DNA of 64,000 nucleotides, taken from contig OZ253470.1 in NCBI GenBank assembly GCA_965261735.1, forward strand, positions 4,736,001 to 4,800,000, in the 5' to 3' direction. The position numbers and the translations under genes were made by a program. The notes under the pieces were generated by a model. It had not been told where the DNA came from. It was given only the letters and a program-made list of their open reading frames with translations, and searched no databases. Position 1 is the first letter of the stretch. Each line of letters opens with the position of its first letter. Positions 1 through 9,299 of this stretch are shown one piece after another. The stretch is from Alphaproteobacteria bacterium. GTDB lineage: Bacteria; Pseudomonadota; Alphaproteobacteria; SHVV01.

Positions 1-801
1 CTGCTGACGACGGCGGGGATGGTGGACGCCGAAGAAGACGAGCGTTGGGGCGAGGATTTCCGGGGCGACGAGTTGCCCGAGGAGTTGCAACGCAGGGAGA
101 AGCGCCTGGCGGCGATCCAGGCAGCCAAAGCGCGTTTGGAGGCGGCGCAACGCGGGCGCGACGATGAGCGCGGGCGCGAGCCGGGGCAGGACCGCAATCC
201 CCGGGGCGGGCGGCCTTACAAGCGGGCCTACGGCGAGCCCGAGCCGAAGGCGCAGAGCAATTTCACCGATCCCGAGAGCCAGATCATGAAGACCAGCAGC
301 GAGGGGTTCCAGCAGTGCTACAACGCGCAGATGGCGGTCGATGGGGAGCACCAGATCATCGTCGCGACTCAGGTGGGGCCACAGGCCAGCGACCAGGGTC
401 AGCTGGTGGGGATGCTCGACGAGATCAACGAGACGTTTGGGGTCGAGCCTGCGGTGGTACTGGCCGATGCGGGCTACTGCAACGAGCCGGATCTGTTGGA
501 GCTGGAAGATCGCGGCATCGACGCGCACGTAGCGCTGGGGCGTGAAGGCAAGTCCCAGGTGGCGGTCGACCCGGCCCGGCTCCCTGCCACGCACCGCATG
601 GGTGAGAAACTGGCGAGCCCCGCGGGCAAAGCCCGGTACGCGCAACGCAAGTGGCTCTCGGAGGCGCCGAACGGGTGGATCAAGGAGGTGCTCGGATTCC
701 GACGATTCAGCCTGCGAGGCTTGGCGAAGGTGCGCGGCGAGTGGGACCTCGTGTGCTTGGCGTTGAACATCAAGCGGATGGGGACGGTGGCCACGTGCTG
801 A
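1..801 (+). CDS. IS1182-family DDE transposase, C-terminal part (5' end outside window)
   Basis: Frame open from base 1. Motifs QSNFTDPESQIMK, QCYNAQMAVD, VLADAGY and Y..RK...E..NGWIK...GFRRFSLRGL.KV.GEW.L.CLALN.KR are typical of IS1182 transposases. Confidence 0.9.
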   Translation: MLTTAGMVDAEEDERWGEDFRGDELPEELQRREKRLAAIQAAKARLEAAQRGRDDERGREPGQDRNPRGGRPYKRAYGEPEPKAQSNFTDPESQIMKTSSEGFQQCYNAQMAVDGEHQIIVATQVGPQASDQGQLVGMLDEINETFGVEPAVVLADAGYCNEPDLLELEDRGIDAHVALGREGKSQVAVDPARLPATHRMGEKLASPAGKARYAQRKWLSEAPNGWIKEVLGFRRFSLRGLAKVRGEWDLVCLALNIKRMGTVATC

Positions 802-1016
802 GGCAGGTGCTGGCCTGCCAACGCACTTGATCCGGGGCGCGCAGTGCCCATCGACCGCGTATGAAACGCGAATCTCTTCCCTTCCGGCCTTCCGGTCTGG
901 GATTTCCATCCCAGAGTCGGGCGGGCCAGATATCCACACTCGGGCCAAAATCCCACCTCTCCGGCGGCCGCGCGCCAATCGCCCAACATCAAAACTTCTA
1001 CGGCGCACGCTCCTAG
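1..1016 (+). mobile_element. IS1182-family insertion sequence, right portion; candidate right end ...TTCTACGGCGCACGCTCC followed by (C)TAG
   Basis: Transposase, then ~210 nt non-coding DNA ending at CTAG (1013-1016). The left end is outside the window, so the IR cannot be paired. Confidence 0.65.
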
Positions 1017-1051
1017 GGGGCAGAAACCTGGGGATATCTGCGTTTTCCCCT

Positions 1052-1081
1052 TTGACGCGCCGCCTGGGCGCGCTCTAGACT
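1052..1081 (+). promoter_or_regulatory. Putative sigma70 promoter of hupB
   Basis: TTGACG (1052-1057), 18-nt spacer, TAGACT (1076-1081). Confidence 0.5.
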
Positions 1082-1150
1082 TTTCCCGCAATTGGCTCTT
1101 CTCTCATGCTATTCGCCCGATAAATGTAATTTCCGAAGGGGGGGTTCATC

Positions 1151-1423
1151 GTGAACAAGAACGATCTCGTTGCCGCCGTCGCCGGGGCTACATCCATTAG
1201 CAAGTCCGATGCCGCGAAGGCCGTGGACGGCGTATTCGACGCCATTACGTCGAGCCTCAAGGGAGGCACGGACGTCCGGCTGGTCGGCTTCGGCACTTTC
1301 AGTGTCGCCAACCGCAAAGCTTCCGAGGGCCGTAACCCGCGGACCGGCGAAAGGATCAGCATTCCGGCGTCGCGCCAGCCCAAGTTCAAGGCCGGGAAGG
1401 CCCTGAAAGACGCCGTGAATTAA
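1151..1423 (+). CDS. hupB: DNA-binding protein HU
   Basis: 90 aa, MNKNDLV..., GFGTF, GRNPRTGE, PKFKAGKALKDAVN. Confidence 0.97.
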   Translation: MNKNDLVAAVAGATSISKSDAAKAVDGVFDAITSSLKGGTDVRLVGFGTFSVANRKASEGRNPRTGERISIPASRQPKFKAGKALKDAVN

Positions 1424-1444
1424 TCGGCACCCGTCCCCGACGTG

Positions 1445-1476
1445 GCCGGCTGCCCCTTTTGGCGGCCGGCTTTTTG
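1445..1476 (+). terminator. Rho-independent terminator after hupB
   Basis: Stem GCCGGCTGCC/GGCGGCCGGC followed by TTTTT. Confidence 0.8.
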
Positions 1477-1520
1477 CACTGTTGATCGGGGCGCCGAGCC
1501 TTGGCTAATCTAAGTGCCGC

Positions 1521-1596
1521 GGGCGATTAGCTCAGCTGGTAGAGCATCTCGTTTACACCGAGGGGGTCGGCGGTTCGAGTCCGTCATCGCCCACCA
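1521..1596 (+). tRNA. tRNA-Val(TAC)
   Basis: 76-nt cloverleaf GGGCGATTAGCTCAG...TT TAC AC...GGTTCGAGTCC...TCGCCCACCA with encoded CCA. Confidence 0.97.
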
Positions 1597-1637
1597 CACC
1601 GCCGCGCGGCCCACCCCTCGGCCGTCTTCGATTTTGC

Positions 1638-1796
1638 TTGCAACCGATCCCGATTGCACTAGCCTCATGTCATCGCTTTTCGAGGACACGGCGTATCTGC
1701 TCCGTCGCGCCGACTAAGCTGCCATACCCGGACATCGGTGAGCTGAGACATCCTGGCAATGTGCTTGGATCGTGAAACGTTCGGAGACACACGACT
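1638..1796 (+). promoter_or_regulatory. Putative cspA promoter and ~125-nt 5' UTR
   Basis: TTGCAA (1638-1643) and TAGCCT (1660-1665), then a long leader with a GGAG SD before the ATG; long leaders are typical of csp mRNAs. Confidence 0.45.
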
Positions 1797-2006
1797 ATGA
1801 CTACTGGAACCGTAAAGTGGTTCAACTCTGCCAAGGGCTATGGGTTCATCAGCCCTGACGATGGTTCGAAGGACGCCTTCGTTCATATTTCAGCCGTGGA
1901 GCGGGCCGGGTTGCTGGGCCTTACGGAGGGCCAGCGTATCGAGTTCGAGCTGCAGCGCGGCCAGAACGGAAAGTCCTCGGCCGAAAACCTGAAGGCAGTC
2001 AGTTAG
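1797..2006 (+). CDS. cspA: Cold-shock protein (CSD family)
   Basis: 69 aa, GTVKWFN..KGYGFI (RNP1), AFVHISA (RNP2). Confidence 0.96.
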   Translation: MTTGTVKWFNSAKGYGFISPDDGSKDAFVHISAVERAGLLGLTEGQRIEFELQRGQNGKSSAENLKAVS

Positions 2007-2025
2007 CGCTTAGCGCTGTGACGAG

Positions 2026-2058
2026 AAGGGGCCGGCAGCCGCCGGGCCCATTTTTTTT
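2026..2058 (+). terminator. Rho-independent terminator after cspA
   Basis: Stem GGGGCCGGC/GCCGGGCCC (one mismatch) followed by A and T8. Confidence 0.75.
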
Positions 2059-2081
2059 GCGGTGGCACGCGGTCGCCGGTA

Positions 2082-3278
2082 TCAGTCATCGCCGCAAACG
2101 ATGACGCCCCGCTCCGCCAGGGCCGCGACCTCCGGCGAGCTGTAACCCAACTCCTCAAGCACCGCTCGCGTATGCTGGCCCGCCCTCGGCACGTCGAGGC
2201 GCGCGCCGAGCCGGTGTCCCCCCATCTCGAGGGGCAGTGCCGGGACCCGGGTCGATCCTCCGCCCGGTAGCGACACCTCGATCAGGCCATCGCCGGCGTT
2301 GAGGTGCGGGTCCTCGAACAACTCCTCGGGCTTGGTGATGGGGGCAAACGGCAGTTCGCTCTTTTCGCACAGGTCGATGAGCTCGGCCCGGGTGTAGCGC
2401 CCGAACAGGTCGCGCACGATCGGCATCAGCCGAGGGCGCTGGCTCACCCGGCTTGGGTTGTCGGACAGGGTCTCGTCGGCCAGCAGTTCCTCTAGACCAA
2501 AGTTCTGGCAAAACAGGCGCCACTGGGTATCGGTGACGACGCCCACGAACAATTGCTCGCCGTCCTTGGTCGCGAACACATCATAAATGGCCCATGCCGA
2601 GAGGCGCACGGACATCGGCTCGGCCGGCCTACCGGTCACGGCGTACTGCGCCATGTGCTGGCCGACGAGGAAGGCATTGTTCTCGAAGAGCGAGCTCTTG
2701 ACGAGTTGACCGCGGCCCGTTGCCCAGCGCTGGTGCAGGGCCGCCAAGACGCCAATGGCCGCGAACATCCCGCCCATCACGTCGTTGATCGAGGCGCCGG
2801 CCCTCAGCGGTTGGCCGGGCGGCCCGGTCATATAGGCGAGCCCGGCCATCATTTGCACGACCTCGTCAAGCGCCTTGCGGTGCTCGTAGGGCCCGGAGAG
2901 GAAGCCCTTGAGCGAGCAGTAGATGAGACTCGGGTAGTCGGGCGCGAGCGCCGCGTAGTCGAGGCCAAGGCGGATCATGGCGCCGGGGCGGAAATTCTCC
3001 GTCATAACGTCGGCGCCGGCGATCAGGCGGCGCGCGACCTCCGCGCCGGCGGCCGCTCTCACGTCGAGCGCGATGCTCTTCTTGTTGCGATTGTAGGTCG
3101 TGAAGTAGCCGGCACCAGACCCCGTCAGTCGGCGGGTGTTATCGCCGTCGGGAACCGGCTCGACCTTGACTACATCGGCCCCTAGGTCGCCGAGCACGAG
3201 CCCGCACGTCGGGCCCATGACCATGTGCCCGAACTCGACGACGCGGATGCCCGTCAACGGCAACGGATCGCTCGTCAT
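2082..3278 (-). CDS. CaiB/BaiF family (class III) CoA-transferase
   Basis: PLTGIRVVEFGHMVMGP..., LGADVVKVE, NRNKKSIALD, ENFRPG, ASINDVMGG. Start trimmed to MTSDPLP, which follows a GAAGGA SD. Confidence 0.93.
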   Translation of the reverse strand: MTSDPLPLTGIRVVEFGHMVMGPTCGLVLGDLGADVVKVEPVPDGDNTRRLTGSGAGYFTTYNRNKKSIALDVRAAAGAEVARRLIAGADVMTENFRPGAMIRLGLDYAALAPDYPSLIYCSLKGFLSGPYEHRKALDEVVQMMAGLAYMTGPPGQPLRAGASINDVMGGMFAAIGVLAALHQRWATGRGQLVKSSLFENNAFLVGQHMAQYAVTGRPAEPMSVRLSAWAIYDVFATKDGEQLFVGVVTDTQWRLFCQNFGLEELLADETLSDNPSRVSQRPRLMPIVRDLFGRYTRAELIDLCEKSELPFAPITKPEELFEDPHLNAGDGLIEVSLPGGGSTRVPALPLEMGGHRLGARLDVPRAGQHTRAVLEELGYSSPEVAALAERGVIVCGDD

Positions 3279-3377
3279 CATTGTCCTTCGTCCGCCATGT
3301 CGGGGGTGCCGACCCACTATAGGCCGGACGAGCCGCGCGCACGAGGATGGGGGCCGGGCGTGGGCCGGGGCGGAACG

Positions 3378-3407
3378 GTTTGCACGCACCTCGGAGGCGT
3401 GTAAACT
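3378..3407. promoter_or_regulatory. Inverted-repeat operator overlapping a putative sigma70 promoter for the substrate-binding protein gene
   Basis: GTTTGCACGC-N9-GCGTGTAAAC (9/10 inverted repeat); the arms carry TTGCAC (-35) and TAAACT (-10). Confidence 0.5.
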
Positions 3408-3492
3408 CGTCGTTTCGTGCACGGCTGGAGCGGAGCGCAGATGACTGCGCCGGGTTGGCGCGAAGGGCTCAAGACCAACAAGGGAGGTCGTT

Positions 3493-4677
3493 ATGAGAGT
3501 CAGTTCTCGTTTAGCAACGTCGTTTACGGCGGTATTGGGCATCGCCATCGCCGGCGTGCTGGTTTCATCGCCGGCGGCGCTGGCAAGCTCGCACTGCAAG
3601 CTCGCGGGCGATCCCGTTCGCATTCCCGACATGGGTAGCTATAGCGGCCTCGGATCCTCCTACGGTGAAGAGTTCTGGAAAGGGATCAGGGCCGCACAGA
3701 AGATCGTCAACGAACAGTATTGCGGGATCAAGGGCCGGCCGCTCGAGTTCTACAAAGCAGACGCGCCCTATGAGGACCTGCCAGCGAACGTGACGATGTT
3801 CCGCAAGCTCGCTCGCGATCCCAGCAATATCATGATCTTCGACGCCAATACCTACTCGGTCGTCAACGCGATCCAGGATCTCACGAACGAGTTCGGGATC
3901 ACCCTGTATACCCATACCTCGGGCGGCCGCTGGAAGGGCGAGTTCCCAAAGTGGATCTTCCGCTCCTACTTCCTCGACCACACGTCGATGCCGGTCTTGG
4001 TGCCGCTGGTCAAAAATAAATTCAACGTCAAGAAGGCGGCGCTCGTGTTCTCGGTCGACGACGAGGGCATGGTGGCGCGCGCCGACGCCATGCGCCAGGC
4101 CGCCAAGGCCAACGGGATCGAGGTGGTCGAGGTCAGCTCCAAGTCGAACGAGCCCGATTTCTCAGCCCAGGTCACGCGCGTCAAATCCGAGAACGTGCAA
4201 CTGTTGATGACCGCGCAGCAGCCCCACGATTCTGGGCTGTTCGTGTTCCAGGCTCGGGGCGCCGGCCTCGACCAGCCGATCATCGCCGGCCCGGGCGCAA
4301 GCTTCAGCGACTACAAGAAGATGGGTCGCGAAGCCATCGAAAACACCTACTTCGTCGGCATGTACGATCCCACCGACACGCGGCCGTACGTTCAGACGAT
4401 GAAGGATGTATACAAGGAGGTGAACGGCGAGGAACTCACGACGTTCGCGGCGCTGACCGCAGACGCCGTGCTGATCCTGTCGCGGATTCTCGACGGGGCA
4501 CCGGCGCTGACCCGCGAGGGCGTGCGCCAGGCCTTCGCCTCGACGACATCGATCGAGGCCCTGACCGGCAACATCGGTTGGCCCGACGGCAAGGGTGAGG
4601 CGGCACGCTCGCGTGTAGCGGTGTTCCGCTGGATCGGCGGCGAGACCGAGCCCGTTCCCGACTCATTCTGGAAATAA
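3493..4677 (+). CDS. ABC transporter substrate-binding protein, LivK/branched-chain amino acid type (Peripla_BP_6-like)
   Basis: Signal peptide ending ALA, AGGGAGG SD, GIKGRPLEF, DFSAQVTRVK, ADAVLIL...LTG.I patterns. Confidence 0.88.
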   Translation: MRVSSRLATSFTAVLGIAIAGVLVSSPAALASSHCKLAGDPVRIPDMGSYSGLGSSYGEEFWKGIRAAQKIVNEQYCGIKGRPLEFYKADAPYEDLPANVTMFRKLARDPSNIMIFDANTYSVVNAIQDLTNEFGITLYTHTSGGRWKGEFPKWIFRSYFLDHTSMPVLVPLVKNKFNVKKAALVFSVDDEGMVARADAMRQAAKANGIEVVEVSSKSNEPDFSAQVTRVKSENVQLLMTAQQPHDSGLFVFQARGAGLDQPIIAGPGASFSDYKKMGREAIENTYFVGMYDPTDTRPYVQTMKDVYKEVNGEELTTFAALTADAVLILSRILDGAPALTREGVRQAFASTTSIEALTGNIGWPDGKGEAARSRVAVFRWIGGETEPVPDSFWK

Positions 4678-4697
4678 CTAGAGCATACGTGTGACAC

Positions 4698-4733
4698 GGA
4701 CCCCGCCCGCCACGGGCGGGGTCCTATTTTTTT
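4698..4733 (+). terminator. Rho-independent terminator after the substrate-binding protein gene
   Basis: Perfect 12-bp stem GGACCCCGCCCG/CGGGCGGGGTCC followed by TATTTTTTT. Confidence 0.9.
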
Positions 4734-4758
4734 CGAACCGGGAGCCAGGGAGTTGGCG

Positions 4759-6240
4759 ATGACTGCAGCCGCCAGTGAAGCGGGTGATGCGGCCTCGATT
4801 AGGGCCAAGCTCGGCCACCCGGTCATCGATGGCGATGGCCACCTAATCGAGGTCGGGCCGGTCTTTCTCGACTACCTCAAGGAGGTGGCCGGCCCCGACG
4901 TGGTGGGCCGCTACACCCGGGCCCTCGAGGGTGCCTTCTTTCGCTGGTACGACATGTCGCCGCAGGAGCGGCGGCATCATCACGTTACTCGGCCCGCGTT
5001 CTGGGTCCCCACCGGCAATACGCTCGACCGCGCCACCGCCATGTTCCCGGCGCTGCTGCGCGAACGGATGGACGCGCTGGGGATCGACTTCTCGGTGCTC
5101 TATCCCACGGACGGCCTTCTGTTCCCGCTGCTCGCCGACGACGAGCTCAGGCTCGCCACCTGCCGCGCGGCCAACATCATGAATGCCGAATTGTTCGGCG
5201 GCCACGCCGACCGCATGACGACACCCGCGATCATCCCCATGCACACGCCCGAGGAGGCGCTCGCCGAACTCGATTTCGCCATCGGCGAGCTCGGCCTCAA
5301 GGCAATCTACATTTCCGGCACCATCGAGCGCCCCATCCCGGCCGCGCTGGAGGCAGCGCCGGAGCTGAGCGGCCGCAACCGTGGCTACTGGATCGATCCC
5401 CTCGGGCTCGACAGCGCGCACGACTACGACCCCGTGTGGCAGAGGTGCGTCGATCTCAAGGTCGCCGTCACCGAGCACACGGGCAGCCAGGGCTGGGTCA
5501 ATCGGGCCTCGGTGTCCAACTACATGTACAACCACATCGGCCACTTCGCGGCCTCGGGCGAGACCTTCTGCAAGGCGCTGTTCCTGGGCGGCGTGACGCG
5601 GCGCTTCCCGACGCTCAAGTTCGCCTTTCTCGAGTGCGGCGTGGGCTGGGCGTGCAGCCTCTACAACGACTTGATCGGTCACTGGGAGAAGCGCAACTTC
5701 GGTGCGCTGATGCGCAACCTCGACCCGGCGCGAATGGATCGCGCGCAGTTCGCGGACCTCGTCGAGCGCTATGCCGACGACCGGGTGAGAGCGCGAATCG
5801 ACGAAACCACGGGACGCGATCCCACGGCGCTCGACCCCGACCATCCGCAGAACTCGAGCGAGATCGACGAATGGGCGGCGTGCGCGATCGAGCGCGCGGA
5901 GGATATTCGAGATCTGTTCGTGCCCAATTTCTATTTCGGCTGCGAGGCCGACGATCCCATGACCGCGGTGGCCTTCAACACCCGGCTCAATCGCTTCGGC
6001 GCCCGGCTCAACGCGATGATGAGTTCCGATATCGGCCACTGGGATGTACCCGATGCGAGCCAAGTCCTGTGCGAGGCCTATGAGCTGGTCGAGCATGAAG
6101 TCATGACGGAGGACGACCTACGCGGTTTCGTGTTTACGAATCCCGTAGGCCTCCACACCGGCATGAACCCTGACTTCTTCAAGGGCACCGTGGTCGAGGA
6201 CGCGGTCGCGGGCCTGCTGTCTAACACGGCGCCGGCCTGA
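4759..6240 (+). CDS. Amidohydrolase superfamily protein (Amidohydro_2-like metal-dependent hydrolase/decarboxylase)
   Basis: HPVIDGDGHLIE, YDPVWQRC, GGVTRRFPTLKFAFLECG, MSSDIGHWDV. Alternative TTG start at 4753. Confidence 0.88.
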   Translation: MTAAASEAGDAASIRAKLGHPVIDGDGHLIEVGPVFLDYLKEVAGPDVVGRYTRALEGAFFRWYDMSPQERRHHHVTRPAFWVPTGNTLDRATAMFPALLRERMDALGIDFSVLYPTDGLLFPLLADDELRLATCRAANIMNAELFGGHADRMTTPAIIPMHTPEEALAELDFAIGELGLKAIYISGTIERPIPAALEAAPELSGRNRGYWIDPLGLDSAHDYDPVWQRCVDLKVAVTEHTGSQGWVNRASVSNYMYNHIGHFAASGETFCKALFLGGVTRRFPTLKFAFLECGVGWACSLYNDLIGHWEKRNFGALMRNLDPARMDRAQFADLVERYADDRVRARIDETTGRDPTALDPDHPQNSSEIDEWAACAIERAEDIRDLFVPNFYFGCEADDPMTAVAFNTRLNRFGARLNAMMSSDIGHWDVPDASQVLCEAYELVEHEVMTEDDLRGFVFTNPVGLHTGMNPDFFKGTVVEDAVAGLLSNTAPA

Positions 6241-6268
6241 GCCGCAGGCTGTGCCGCCGCCGTGTTGC

Positions 6269-6298
6269 TTGACACCACGGGCGACGTTTGGGTAAACG
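6269..6298 (+). promoter_or_regulatory. Putative sigma70 promoter of tRNA-Asp
   Basis: Consensus TTGACA (6269-6274) and TAAACG (6293-6298) just upstream of the tRNA. Confidence 0.55.
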
Positions 6299-6311
6299 GG
6301 CCTTTCCTTTA

Positions 6312-6389
<78 letters not shown>

Positions 6390-6602
6390 CCTCGTTGCAC
6401 CAAACGATCAGTGCCGGCCGGGCCGTGGTAACGGTCGCTGAAGCACTTGCCGAATAGTATGTGACGGCGCCTTCCGCGGCGCCTCGACGGGCCCTGGGGG
6501 AGCGGGCGCTCGGGCTCGGCAATGTCCCTTTTGTTCGCGCGGGCTCGGCACTATAATGCGCGCGGCGCGCGAGAGGGGCATTGGCGGGGGCGAACGCAAT
6601 CG

Positions 6603-6968
6603 ATGGAAGCAATGCTTCTCGAGTACTTGCCCATCCTTATTTTCCTTGCCATTGCCCTTGCGCTCGCAATGCTGTTCGTCGCCGCCCCCTTCGTGGCTGC
6701 GCGCCAGCACCCCGATCCCGCCAAGCTGTCCCCGTATGAATGCGGTTTCGAGGCTTTTGACGACGCCCGCGGCCAGTTCAACGTGCGCTTCTACCTCGTC
6801 GCTCTCCTCTTCATCATCTTCGATCTCGAAGTTGCCTTCCTATTTCCGTGGGCCATATCCCTTGGCGAGATCGGGATCTTTGGATTCTGGTCGATGATGG
6901 TCTTCCTCGCCATCCTCACGGTCGGGTTCATCTACGAGTGGAGGAAGGGAGCGCTCGAATGGGAGTAG
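6603..6968 (+). CDS. nuoA: NADH-quinone oxidoreductase subunit A
   Basis: [40 protein letters not shown]. Confidence 0.97.
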   Translation: MEAMLLEYLPILIFLAIALALAMLFVAAPFVAARQHPDPAKLSPYECGFEAFDDARGQFNVRFYLVALLFIIFDLEVAFLFPWAISLGEIGIFGFWSMMVFLAILTVGFIYEWRKGALEWE

Positions 6969-7486
6969 CGGTTTCACCGGAACCGGCCCGGCCTGCGGCC
7001 GTCGGCCAGCTGCTGACGGACGAGCTCTCCGACAAGGGCTTTCTTGTGGCCAAGCTCGACAAGCTCGCCAATTGGGCGCGTACCGGGTCGCTGTGGCCGA
7101 TGACCTTCGGCCTTGCGTGCTGCGCGGTCGAGATGATGCAGGCCTATATGCCGCGCTATGACATTGAGCGGCTTGGCATGTTGCCGCGCGGCAGTCCACG
7201 ACAATCGGACGTCATGATCGTGGCCGGTACGCTGTGCAACAAGATGGCGCCGGCCCTGCGGCGGGTCTACGACCAGATGGCCGAGCCTCGTTACGTCATC
7301 TCCATGGGGAGCTGCGCCAACGGCGGCGGCTATTATCACTATTCCTACTCCGTGGTCCGGGGTTGTGATCGAATCGTGCCGGTGGACGTCTATGTCCCCG
7401 GATGCCCACCCACCGCCGAAGCATTGGTCTATGGCATACTCCTGCTGCAGAAGAAGATTCGCCGCACCGGGACGATTGCCCGGTAA
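6959..7486 (+). CDS. nuoB: NADH-quinone oxidoreductase subunit B
   Basis: [29 protein letters not shown]. Confidence 0.97.
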   Translation: MGVAVSPEPARPAAVGQLLTDELSDKGFLVAKLDKLANWARTGSLWPMTFGLACCAVEMMQAYMPRYDIERLGMLPRGSPRQSDVMIVAGTLCNKMAPALRRVYDQMAEPRYVISMGSCANGGGYYHYSYSVVRGCDRIVPVDVYVPGCPPTAEALVYGILLLQKKIRRTGTIAR

Positions 7487-7510
7487 ACGATCCGCCTCAG
7501 CATTTCCATA

Positions 7511-8128
7511 ATGGACGACGCGCTCACCGAACTCGGCGAAACGATCGCCGCCGCTCTGCCCGACGAGGTTACTGGGGTCAGCGTCGCCCTCGGCGAACTG
7601 ACGATCACGGCGAGGGCCGGCGCGATCATCAAGGTACTCTCGTTCCTGCGCGACGACACCGCTTGCCAGTTCAGGCTGCTGATGGATTTGTGCGGCGTCG
7701 ACTACCCGGAACGTAGCCCGCGCTTCGAGGTCGTCTACAATCTCCTGAGCCTGACCCACAATCAGCGCGTGCGGGTGAAGATCGCGGTCGACGAGAACGC
7801 CCCGGTGGCCTCGGCGGTGCCGGTTTACAGCGCCGCCGGCTGGTTCGAGCGCGAGACCTGGGACATGTATGGCATCCTGTTCTCGGGCCACCCCGACCTA
7901 CGCCGCCTCCTCACCGACTACGGCTTCGAGGGCCACCCCCTGCGCAAGGACTTCCCCCTCACCGGCTACGTTGAGATGCGCTATGACGACGAGGAGAAGC
8001 GCGTCGTCTACGAGCCGGTCAAGCTCACTCAGGAGTACCGGCGCTTCGATTTCATGAGCCCCTGGGAGGGCGCCGAGTACATCCTGCCCGGTGACGAGAA
8101 GGCCGGGGAGGGGGGGAGTGATGGCTGA
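7511..8128 (+). CDS. nuoC: NADH-quinone oxidoreductase subunit C
   Basis: [24 protein letters not shown]. Confidence 0.97.
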   Translation: MDDALTELGETIAAALPDEVTGVSVALGELTITARAGAIIKVLSFLRDDTACQFRLLMDLCGVDYPERSPRFEVVYNLLSLTHNQRVRVKIAVDENAPVASAVPVYSAAGWFERETWDMYGILFSGHPDLRRLLTDYGFEGHPLRKDFPLTGYVEMRYDDEEKRVVYEPVKLTQEYRRFDFMSPWEGAEYILPGDEKAGEGGSDG

Positions 8129-9299
8129 TCCCTTGATCAAGACCACGACCGTCAATCTCGGGCCCCAGCACCCGGCGGCTCACGGCGTCCTGCGTCTGGT
8201 CCTCGAGCTCGACGGCGAGATCATCGAGCGCGCCGATCCGCATATCGGCTTGCTCCACCGCGGCACCGAAAAGCTGATCGAGCACAAGACGTACCTCCAG
8301 GCGGTGCCCTATTTCGACCGGCTCGACTACGTCGCGCCCATGAACCAGGAGCATGCCTTCGCCCTGGCGACCGAGAAGCTGCTCGGAATCGAGGTGCCGC
8401 CGCGCGGCCAGTACGTCCGCGTCCTCTTTTGCGAGATCGGGCGGCTGCTCTCGCACCTGCTCAACGTGACGACCCAGGCGATCGACGTCGGCGCGGTCAC
8501 GCCAAGCCTGTGGGGCTTCGAGGAGCGCGAAAAGCTGATGGTGTTCTATGAGCGCGTCTCGGGTTCGCGCCTGCATGCCGCCTATTTTCGGCCCGGCGGC
8601 GTCCATCAGGACATGCCGGCCGGCCTCGCCGACGACATCAACGTCTTCTGCGACGAATTCCTCCCGGTACTCGACGACATCGAGGGACTGCTGACGGAGA
8701 ATCGCATCTACAAGCAGCGCAATGTCGATATCGGCGTCGTCAGCGCCGACGAGGCCATGGACTGGGGCTTCTCGGGCGTCATGCTGCGCGGCTCCGGTAT
8801 CCCGTGGGATCTGCGCAAGTCGCAGCCCTACGAGGTGTATGACGAGTTCGAATTCGACATACCTGTGGGCAAGAACGGTGATTGTTACGACCGCTATCTC
8901 TGCCGCATGGAGGAGATGCGCCAGAGCGTGCGCCTCATGAAACAGTGCCTCGAGCGGATGCCCGAGGGCCCCGTGAGCACCTCGGACAGGAAAATCGCGC
9001 CGCCGCCACGGGCGGAGATGAAGCGCTCGATGGAGGCGCTCATCCATCACTTCAAGCTCTACACGGAGGGCTACCACGTCCCAGCGGGTGAGACCTATTC
9101 GGCGGTCGAAGCGCCTAAGGGCGAGTTCGCCGTCTACCTCATCTCGGACGGGAGCAACAGGCCCTATCGCTGCAAGATCCGCCCCCCCAGCTACGCCCAT
9201 CTTCAGGCCTTCGAGCCGATGGTCAAGGGCCACATGCTCGCCGACTCGGTGGCCATTATCGGGACCCAGGACATCGTCTTCGGCGAGATCGACCGATGA
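8121..9299 (+). CDS. nuoD: NADH-quinone oxidoreductase subunit D
   Basis: [31 protein letters not shown]. Confidence 0.97.
   Translation: MADPLIKTTTVNLGPQHPAAHGVLRLVLELDGEIIERADPHIGLLHRGTEKLIEHKTYLQAVPYFDRLDYVAPMNQEHAFALATEKLLGIEVPPRGQYVRVLFCEIGRLLSHLLNVTTQAIDVGAVTPSLWGFEEREKLMVFYERVSGSRLHAAYFRPGGVHQDMPAGLADDINVFCDEFLPVLDDIEGLLTENRIYKQRNVDIGVVSADEAMDWGFSGVMLRGSGIPWDLRKSQPYEVYDEFEFDIPVGKNGDCYDRYLCRMEEMRQSVRLMKQCLERMPEGPVSTSDRKIAPPPRAEMKRSMEALIHHFKLYTEGYHVPAGETYSAVEAPKGEFAVYLISDGSNRPYRCKIRPPSYAHLQAFEPMVKGHMLADSVAIIGTQDIVFGEIDR

Noticed and set aside
3279-3632. ~117-aa N-terminal extension of the CoA-transferase in the ORF track
   Set aside because: Overlaps the divergent gene and promoter; homology starts at MTSDPLPL, which has its own SD.
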